IMG/VR virus record: IMGVR_UViG_3300020202_000067
Span: 17,335-81,334 of that record
DNA: 64,000 nt
Reading direction: 5' to 3' (one strand)
Origin: a virus
Taxonomy: Duplodnaviria; Heunggongvirae; Uroviricota; Caudoviricetes
The position numbers and the translations under genes were made by a program. The notes under the pieces are model-generated. The model made no database searches and was not told the origin of the DNA. It was given only the letters and a program-made list of their open reading frames with translations. Shown here in pieces: positions 34,715 through 40,099 of this stretch. Numbering within the stretch: the stretch's first letter is position 1; every line of letters starts with the position of its first letter.

Positions 34715-35592
34715 TGAGCGTGAGCTCCACTCTGTACCTTGATCTCTCTGTCATAACGCTTCACCACGCTGTTATAGATACGGGACCCGACTTCATCGGC
34801 CTCCTGCTCCCATGGAGCATTCTCGTACCTAGCCTCCTGTCCGTTGACGAGGCGTCCGTTGTAGACAACGCCTTGCCGCGTCTGGCGCAAGCGACCCTGC
34901 AACATCTGTGAGACATGGACCATCTCGTGACAGAACACCGCAAGCGGCGTAGGTGCACTGAGACACTTGTCGCACTTGCCGCACCCAGACATGCTCTCAT
35001 TGAGCGTCATCATGATCTCGCCATTCGGTCCGAGAGCGGTGCTCGTGGAGCCCCGTGCATTGCCGTTGTAGCTGTCGTCATTCAGCTCGCCTGGCTCGAT
35101 GCCGAACAGCATGCGCAGAACATTTTCCGCCGGGTTGGGCGCCTTATTGTAGAAGCGAAGGATCACTTTATTTGGGAAGCGCGCGATCCAAAGCTCACGC
35201 ACGATCTCCTTGAACGCAGCTTGGTACTGCGCTTCCTTGTCCGGTGCATTTTCGATGATCAATTCCATTCTCATTCCTCCAGCAACCAGGCAACACTGAC
35301 GAAGGTCTGCACAGCCGCGACCGCAGCTTGAGCAGCATCCATACCAAGCGACACTTGCACGAGGAAGGTGCCGCTGAGCATTACGGCTAGCGCCATGTGG
35401 CGCTGCCGCTTGTTGGTGATGATCTTGCTCACTCCTCGCCTCCCAGAACCGGGCTGAGGATGATGAACGCTGCAAGTGCGCCAGCGGCCCAGGAGTGGAC
35501 GCCGTGCCCTTCCAAGAAGGCGAAGGCAAGATAGGTAAGGTGCGCTGTCTCCTCGCCCATCTTGCGAGTTGCCTTGCCTTTAATCTTTTCAA
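34711..35592 (-). CDS. HExxH zinc metallopeptidase-like protein (SprT/WLM-like); probable true start ~35276 (MRMELIIEN...)
   Basis: RBS ggaggaATGagaATG at ~35276. 'CGKCDKC...FCHEMVHVSQ' is a Cys cluster plus HExxH. The upstream 100 aa of the track ORF is low-complexity and instead overlaps two small hydrophobic ORFs. Confidence 0.4.
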   Translation of the reverse strand: MKRLKARQLARWARRQRTLPILPSPSWKGTASTPGPLAHLQRSSSSARFWEARSEQDHHQQAAAPHGASRNAQRHLPRASVAWYGCCSSCGRGCADLRQCCLVAGGMRMELIIENAPDKEAQYQAAFKEIVRELWIARFPNKVILRFYNKAPNPAENVLRMLFGIEPGELNDDSYNGNARGSTSTALGPNGEIMMTLNESMSGCGKCDKCLSAPTPLAVFCHEMVHVSQMLQGRLRQTRQGVVYNGRLVNGQEARYENAPWEQEADEVGSRIYNSVVKRYDREIKVQSGAHAQ

Positions 35593-35611
35593 TGAACTTC
35601 TTCATCTGCAT
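35429..35611 (-). CDS. small membrane protein
   Basis: ~58 aa with a C-terminal hydrophobic helix 'AAGALAAFIILSPVLGG'. Preceded by a repeat-element copy. An unlisted ~54-aa hydrophobic ORF (approx 35280-35445) lies between it and the peptidase gene. Confidence 0.35.
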   Translation of the reverse strand: MQMKKFIEKIKGKATRKMGEETAHLTYLAFAFLEGHGVHSWAAGALAAFIILSPVLGGEE

Positions 35612-35632
35612 CTCTCCATGTTGCAGGCTTCA
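35612..35632 (-). repeat. conserved early-gene leader element, copy 1
   Basis: ctctccatgttgcaggcttca on the + strand. The coding-strand TGA at its 3' end is the stop of 35630..36148. Confidence 0.7.
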
Positions 35633-36148
35633 GCACGGGTCCAGAATGACTTCGATCTCCTCGGTCAGACCTCCGTTGGGGTTGTCGGCCAAACGCGCGA
35701 AGGCGTTGGCCATCGTGTTGCCGAGCTCAGTGAGCGGCTGGCCATTGCGCTGCGCCAGCGTCACGGCCGCGTTGAACAGCGCGATCATGTAGCAGCCGGG
35801 GCAGAGCGTGCCTTCGTAGCTCTTGCCCTGCCAACGCGCACGATAGCGCATGGCTCGGTCGATGGTCGTGGCCAGTTCAGCGCCGAAGTTTCCACGTGTC
35901 TTGTCAGCGATGTGCACGAGGTCCCTGTCGCCGCCATAGACGCGGCCGTCGGTGCCATTGCGAGTGAGTTCGTTCGTCATGTAGCTCTCCATGTTGCAGG
36001 CTTCATAAACCAAACCACATCGGCTTGATTGCATCAACAACAGCCAACCAGAATTCCTTCTGATCAGCAAGGTCTGCGCCGCCATAGGCGTCGTAGTAGT
36101 TGGCATTGGACAACGCTTTCTTGTGCGCCTCTTCAGCGCCAAGAGCAT
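35630..36148 (-). CDS. hypothetical protein (probable start 35980, 'MTNELTRNG...', 117 aa)
   Basis: The repeat element with SD ggagag sits immediately upstream of the ATG at 35978-35980. The N-terminal 55 aa of the track ORF just read through the element. Confidence 0.35.
   Translation of the reverse strand: MLLALKRRTRKRCPMPTTTTPMAAQTLLIRRNSGWLLLMQSSRCGLVYEACNMESYMTNELTRNGTDGRVYGGDRDLVHIADKTRGNFGAELATTIDRAMRYRARWQGKSYEGTLCPGCYMIALFNAAVTLAQRNGQPLTELGNTMANAFARLADNPNGGLTEEIEVILDPC
35981..36005 (-). repeat. conserved early-gene leader element, copy 2
   Basis: gtagctctccatgttgcaggcttca. Contains the stop of 36003..36263 and precedes the ATG at 35980. Confidence 0.7.
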
Positions 36149-36263
36149 TGATTAGCTGCTGCGCTCGCGCATCAGCCTCCTGGTAATCAGCAAGTTTCAT
36201 GCAGCCTCCGGCTTGAAAGGGTTGTAGCCCATCGCTTTTTCTTCTTCGAACGAAGGTGCCCAT
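36003..36263 (-). CDS. hypothetical small protein (probable start ~36201 'MKLADYQEADAR...')
   Basis: RBS ggagg 5 nt upstream. ATGA-coupled to the 36197..36622 stop. Confidence 0.3.
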   Translation of the reverse strand: MGTFVRRRKSDGLQPFQAGGCMKLADYQEADARAQQLINALGAEEAHKKALSNANYYDAYGGADLADQKEFWLAVVDAIKPMWFGL

Positions 36264-36622
36264 GACTCCACCTTGCTGCGTCCATAGTACAGCTTGCGCA
36301 GCAGGTCGTCGCGCGTTTCCACCGGCTCAACTGCGAGCGCGGCGAGCACTTCCTTATAGCGCTCCGCACCCCACAGCTTCTTCGCGATGTCATGGTCGAA
36401 GATGAGGCTGTCAGCAGAGGGGATCTCCTCGACGATGGTGTAATCGAAGCCGTCGCGCTTCTCGGTCACAACGTAGACCAAGTGATGCGCCACGATCACG
36501 TCGGTGACACCGAAGGCTTCGCGGATGATGTCCTTGAAAAGGTCTGCATGTTCAGCGTTGCGATCATTTTCCCAGGGTCCGGCGAGGCGCATGCCCTGCG
36601 GCGTGAAGTCATCCTTCATCAT
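36197..36622 (-). CDS. hypothetical protein
   Basis: 141 aa. Repeat-element variant (ggagcg) upstream. Confidence 0.35.
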   Translation of the reverse strand: MMKDDFTPQGMRLAGPWENDRNAEHADLFKDIIREAFGVTDVIVAHHLVYVVTEKRDGFDYTIVEEIPSADSLIFDHDIAKKLWGAERYKEVLAALAVEPVETRDDLLRKLYYGRSKVESWAPSFEEEKAMGYNPFKPEAA

Positions 36623-36650
36623 TTCATCGCTCCATGTTGCAGGCTTTAAA
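36623..36650 (-). repeat. conserved early-gene leader element, copy 3 (variant)
   Basis: ttcatcgctccatgttgcaggctttaaa. The stop is TAA instead of TGA and ggagcg replaces ggagag. Confidence 0.6.
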
Positions 36651-37290
36651 TGTATTCCATCTGCTTGGGGCTCAGCGGGCGCGCGTACTTAGGCGCAGGG
36701 TCCTTGAGCCACTCGATGAGTTGCTTGCGCAGTGACTTCTTGAAGTCGCTACGCAGGTTGGTGGTGAGCAGCTTGCGGTAGCGCGCCCACTCGTAGTATG
36801 AGCGACGGCGCAGACGCAGAAGAGGCACATAGCTCTTGAGGCCGATCTTAGAGGCGATCTCCTTGATGTCCTTACGCGCCATGCGGAGCTCAGCCGCCTT
36901 CTGAGCGCGCTGCTGAGCACGATGCCTGGCTCTCTGTTCCTTCTGCCAAGCTTCGTATTTCGCCAGCGTCTCAGCGTCAGCATCAACCGACGTAGCGAAC
37001 AATGGGTAGGTCCACCCGCGCGTCGTGGCAAACATGACCGTGAACGGCTCGCCCTTTTCATCGTCCCAAATGAGACAAAAGAAGTCGCTGTCCCAAGCGC
37101 CGTTGTGCTCCCACTCCTTGAGCACGCGACCTTCGTATTTCTTCTTGGTCCAGTAGAGCCGCGTGACGGGCCACTCTTCACCCTTGAAGGGTCCGTCATA
37201 TTGCTTCTCGGTTCCTTGCGAGTGGCCCATGGTCGCACCCGGCTCCCATGGCTCTGCGAAGACGATGAGTGCCATGATCAATCGCTCCAC
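36646..37290 (-). CDS. hypothetical protein, Trp-rich N-domain plus basic C-terminal tail (probable start 37275 'MALIVF...')
   Basis: RBS ggagcg 7 nt upstream of the ATG at 37273-37275. Confidence 0.35.
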   Translation of the reverse strand: MERLIMALIVFAEPWEPGATMGHSQGTEKQYDGPFKGEEWPVTRLYWTKKKYEGRVLKEWEHNGAWDSDFFCLIWDDEKGEPFTVMFATTRGWTYPLFATSVDADAETLAKYEAWQKEQRARHRAQQRAQKAAELRMARKDIKEIASKIGLKSYVPLLRLRRRSYYEWARYRKLLTTNLRSDFKKSLRKQLIEWLKDPAPKYARPLSPKQMEYI

Positions 37291-37613
37291 TTCTCGATGT
37301 AAGCGTTCGTCTCCTTGAGCACATCCTCAAGGTTGGTGGTATAGTCGGCGAGGCAGTCCTCGACGTTGCCCCAGATGAACTGCACCCAGCCTTGATAGCC
37401 GCGCTTATCAACATTGACCGGTATCTTGGTGACGTAGAACCGATCCTCGTCGGTCGTGAACATTACATTAAGAATGGCTTCTACATCCTTGCTGCAAATC
37501 AGCACATCCTCATCGCCTTCATTCACGGTGATGAAGTAGCCAGCAGCAATCAATTCTTCCGCTGCCTTGCGCGCGATGTTGCGCTCAAGCTCTTGATCCC
37601 ATTTGCGGCTCAT
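37278..37613 (-). CDS. hypothetical acidic protein
   Basis: 111 aa. RBS ggagg upstream. Confidence 0.35.
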   Translation of the reverse strand: MSRKWDQELERNIARKAAEELIAAGYFITVNEGDEDVLICSKDVEAILNVMFTTDEDRFYVTKIPVNVDKRGYQGWVQFIWGNVEDCLADYTTNLEDVLKETNAYIEKWSD

Positions 37614-37691
37614 GTCAGAACCTCCAGAAGAACGGCGCTGCGAACAGCGCGACCATTGCGAGCAGTCCTGCGGTTGCGATGAGTTGCTTGA

Positions 37692-37874
37692 TCACTCAGC
37701 CCACCCCTGCAGCTCGCCGGTGTTCTTGGAGCGGACGGCGACGGCCAACCCACCCTGCGGCGCATCTTCGATCTTCCAGGTCTGATAGGGCATGGTGCTC
37801 TCACGAGCAAAGGTGCGCGCCCACTTGAGCGCGGCTTCGAAGTCGTTGAAGGTCTTGACAGGCATCTTGTTCAT
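37692..37874 (-). CDS. hypothetical small protein
   Basis: 60 aa. Canonical repeat element immediately upstream. Confidence 0.35.
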   Translation of the reverse strand: MNKMPVKTFNDFEAALKWARTFARESTMPYQTWKIEDAPQGGLAVAVRSKNTGELQGWAE

Positions 37875-37900
37875 TTCAGCTCTCCATGTTGCAGGCTTCA
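37875..37900 (-). repeat. conserved early-gene leader element, copy 4 (canonical)
   Basis: ttcagctctccatgttgcaggcttca, flanked by the stop of 37898.. and the start of ..37874. Confidence 0.75.
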
Positions 37901-38296
37901 GAAACCGTTGGTGATGCGCTCCAGCGCCTCAGCCCATGCCGCCGTGCGGTCGGCGCTCATCGCATTCGACACCGGCGAAGTCGAGCGCTCCGGCCACCGC
38001 GCGCCGCGCAGCACCAGCCGCTTGATTTCGGACAACGCAGCTTCCGGCTTGTACTCCGGCAGCTCCGTCCATGCCTTGAGGGTCAGCGCAACCTCGAACC
38101 GTGCCGCAGCCTCCATGGCATTCTGCGCCCACTCGAAGGCGTAGGCGGGATTGGACTTGAAGTTTTCCTCGAACTTGCTGAGCGCGCCGCGCACCGCTGA
38201 GTTGGAAAATTCTTCGATGAGGCTGTCGATCTTATCTTGCAGTTCCATTTCTCTCTCCATGTTGCAGGCTTCAGGCGTCCAGGGCAGTTCAGTCAT
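37898..38296 (-). CDS. hypothetical helical protein (probable start 38248 'MELQDKIDSL...')
   Basis: Repeat element upstream. The extra N-terminal residues in the track ('PEACNMERE') are the element itself read in-frame. Confidence 0.35.
   Translation of the reverse strand: MTELPWTPEACNMEREMELQDKIDSLIEEFSNSAVRGALSKFEENFKSNPAYAFEWAQNAMEAAARFEVALTLKAWTELPEYKPEAALSEIKRLVLRGARWPERSTSPVSNAMSADRTAAWAEALERITNGF
38249..38273 (-). repeat. conserved early-gene leader element, copy 5
   Basis: ttctctctccatgttgcaggcttca. Confidence 0.7.
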
Positions 38297-38574
38297 CCAA
38301 GGTTGAATGGCTTGCGTCCTCCCCTTGTGGCATTGTCGATCTTGTCCATGACCGCGTAGAGAGCAGCCTGCTCTTTCTTCAGCGCCTTGCCGCGTGCACT
38401 CTTGAGCACGCTGTTGACCAGCCGTCGGCTATAGCGCTGGGTCTTGCTCTTGTTGATCGCGGCTTCAATGAGCTCGTCGATCTCCTTATCGATCACGTCA
38501 CAACGTGTTTCGGCGAGGCGGTAGATGCCCCACGTGGTGTTGATCGCTGCCTTCTCTTCCTTCGTTAGTTTCAT
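38293..38574 (-). CDS. hypothetical basic protein
   Basis: 93 aa. Repeat element upstream. Confidence 0.35.
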   Translation of the reverse strand: MKLTKEEKAAINTTWGIYRLAETRCDVIDKEIDELIEAAINKSKTQRYSRRLVNSVLKSARGKALKKEQAALYAVMDKIDNATRGGRKPFNLG

Positions 38575-38605
38575 TTCAGCTCTCCATGTTGCAGGCTTGA
38601 ATTCA
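38575..38605 (-). repeat. conserved early-gene leader element, copy 6 (4-nt insertion variant)
   Basis: ttcagctctccatgttgcaggcttgaattca. Confidence 0.65.
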
Positions 38606-38806
38606 CTTCATCGCTTCTTCAAAGAAGTTCGCCCACATGTCCGGCTGCCTCTCCGCCTTGGCCGCAGCCTCTCGGACCTTCGCGCCGGAGAAGGGCGGAT
38701 ACTTCTTGGAGCGCGGCTTCTTGTACGTGTCGGTCGCCTCGTCGTAGCGGTAGTTGCCGAATTGGCGCAGCATGCGCTCGAACTCTTGCAGCATCGTCGG
38801 TTTCAT
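38603..38806 (-). CDS. hypothetical small protein
   Basis: 67 aa. Truncated repeat-element variant upstream. Confidence 0.35.
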   Translation of the reverse strand: MKPTMLQEFERMLRQFGNYRYDEATDTYKKPRSKKYPPFSGAKVREAAAKAERQPDMWANFFEEAMK

Positions 38807-38832
38807 TTCAGCTCTCCATGTTCAAGCAGGCC
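38807..38832 (-). repeat. conserved early-gene leader element, copy 7 (degenerate 3' half)
   Basis: ttcagctctccatgttcaagcaggcc. Confidence 0.55.
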
Positions 38833-39049
38833 ATTCTTCGATCAAGGCGACGAATTCGTCCCCATCCATCATCGCGAGCTTTTCGAGTTGATTGTTGCTG
38901 AACTTGCCGCTGTCTTCGAGTTGATCGAAGACTTCCTGACCCAGCTCCAACCACGACTTGTTGAGCAACTTGCCGGGCTCGGACGGATCGATCTTCTTGA
39001 CTTCAGTGCTCACACCTTGGTAACGGAAAACATATGTCTTCGTCTTCAT
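38822..39049 (-). CDS. hypothetical small acidic protein; first gene after the structured non-coding hub
   Basis: 75 aa. The conserved half-element (ttcagctctccatg) lies immediately upstream. Confidence 0.35.
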   Translation of the reverse strand: MKTKTYVFRYQGVSTEVKKIDPSEPGKLLNKSWLELGQEVFDQLEDSGKFSNNQLEKLAMMDGDEFVALIEEWPA

Positions 39050-39063
39050 TTCAGCTCTCCATG
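39050..39063 (-). repeat. conserved early-gene leader element, copy 8 (5' half only, abutting hairpin)
   Basis: ttcagctctccatg, then diverges into the 39061-39118 stem-loop. Confidence 0.5.
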
Positions 39064-39118
39064 AGACAACAGGAAAGCGGCGGCAGGGTTGCGCCCCGTC
39101 GCCGCTTGATCTCTTGTC
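39061..39118 (-). other. nested long stem-loop at the edge of the 390-bp non-coding hub
   Basis: gagacaa...agcggcg gcagggttgcgccccgt cgccgct...ttgtctc. Outer arms GAGACAA/TTGTCTC and inner arms AGCGGCG/CGCCGCT. No U-tract in the leftward direction. Confidence 0.4.
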
Positions 39119-39379
39119 TCCAATTTTACTCTCTTGCCCCCGCTAGCAGCGTCTGTCGGCTAAGCGATCACGGCACCGTCGCGGTGGCGCGTCGCTCGCT
39201 CGGGATGCAGGACCGCCCGGTGAGCATGTTGCTCATCAACGCGAGAGGTCGCTACGCTCTTGCGTTGATGAACTCCCGCTGGAGACCACCTCTCGCTGCC
39301 CAACTGTTGTTGTCTTATTGGCTTGGTGGCGAGGGTACCAGTCAGAAGGACCTTTTATGCTTGGGCGTTCCGACCCGCT

Positions 39380-39450
39380 TTCTTTCTTTTTCAACCTGTG
39401 GCCGGATTATGCCTGAAATGATAAAGAAAGAAAACATATTTTTTCAACAG
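39380..39450 (-). promoter_or_regulatory. AT-rich sigma70-like promoter candidate directing leftward transcription into the small-gene cluster
   Basis: Minus-strand reading TTGAAAaaatatgttttctttctTTATCAtttcaggCATAAT. Locally AT-rich in an otherwise ~58% GC genome. Immediately downstream of the VRR-NUC stop. Confidence 0.3.
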
Positions 39451-39453
39451 TGA

Positions 39454-39894
39454 TTACATGGACTTAGCGTAAATCAGGTCGTGGTAGACCTGGTCCCAAT
39501 CCCACTGCGCAGGTCCGCCAGAGTTTTCGAAAATCCAAAAACGCTTCGGCACGCCAACAAGTCCGGACGTGGCAAGATCGCGTATAGCCGCGCCTCTCAA
39601 CAGAATGAGATCATCACGCGCTTCACGTCGTTTGCCAGCCTTCGCCAGACGACGCACAGCGATGAAGACGCGACCACCATTGCGTATGCGACGCTCTATC
39701 CAACCCACCTGCGATGGCTGCACTTCACACGCGCTCGCCTCACAGCGCTTGTTCTCGATCCAACCTTCTGTGCCATCATGGCAGTAGTTCATGTCGGGCA
39801 CTCCTTGGCCCGTGCTCCATGTCTCCACCGCCTGCCAATGCACCATCGGTAGATGTTGTTGAAATAGTTGTCGCAGTCCCCCGTCGGTCTTCAC
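39454..39894 (-). CDS. VRR-NUC / PD-(D/E)xK family nuclease
   Basis: 146 aa. 'QGVPDMNYCHDGTEGWIENK' is G-x-PD...E-x-K. N-terminal helix 'LRQLFQQHL' fits the VRR-NUC layout. Confidence 0.45.
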   Translation of the reverse strand: MKTDGGLRQLFQQHLPMVHWQAVETWSTGQGVPDMNYCHDGTEGWIENKRCEASACEVQPSQVGWIERRIRNGGRVFIAVRRLAKAGKRREARDDLILLRGAAIRDLATSGLVGVPKRFWIFENSGGPAQWDWDQVYHDLIYAKSM

Positions 39895-40099
39895 GCTGAA
39901 ACCTCGTCCATGGCAAATCGCGCGGCTTCATCACGCGCTCCATTGTGGTGAATGTTCTTCCACAAGACAAACATTTGCGATGCCGTCTAGCACGACGTGT
40001 CTGCATCACCTTGCTTGCGCTGTACCGGCAATAGGGGCAACAGACCTCTGTCTGCGAACTCTTTGCTCCGGATCTTGGCAGTCTGATCCTAGCCATCAA
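39776..40099 (-). CDS. Ogr/Delta-like C4 zinc-finger protein (putative late transcription activator); probable ATG start at 40096
   Basis: 'CCPYCRYSASKVMQTRRARRHRKCLSCGRTFTTMERV' has CxxC-x17-CxxC spacing and an 'F-T-T-x-E-R-V' tail like P2 Ogr 'CSATFITYESV'. Its 3' end overlaps the VRR-NUC gene by ~118 nt in another frame, so the true C-terminus is uncertain. Confidence 0.35.
   Translation of the reverse strand: MMARIRLPRSGAKSSQTEVCCPYCRYSASKVMQTRRARRHRKCLSCGRTFTTMERVMKPRDLPWTRFQREDRRGTATTISTTSTDGALAGGGDMEHGPRSARHELLP

Noticed and set aside
35612-39063. CRISPR array interpretation of the repeated 26-nt elements
   Set aside because: Intervening segments are 180-650 bp protein-coding genes of variable length. 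The repeats overlap stop and start codons and contain an SD. No cas genes. The repeats are imperfect in a way typical of regulatory sites.
39060-39453. tRNA or other canonical RNA gene in the long intergenic region; plus-strand ORF 39034..39453 (139 aa)
   Set aside because: No GTTCRANYC T-loop or cloverleaf arrangement is visible. The ORF is Ser/Arg/Leu-rich low-complexity, crosses several inverted repeats and has no RBS.
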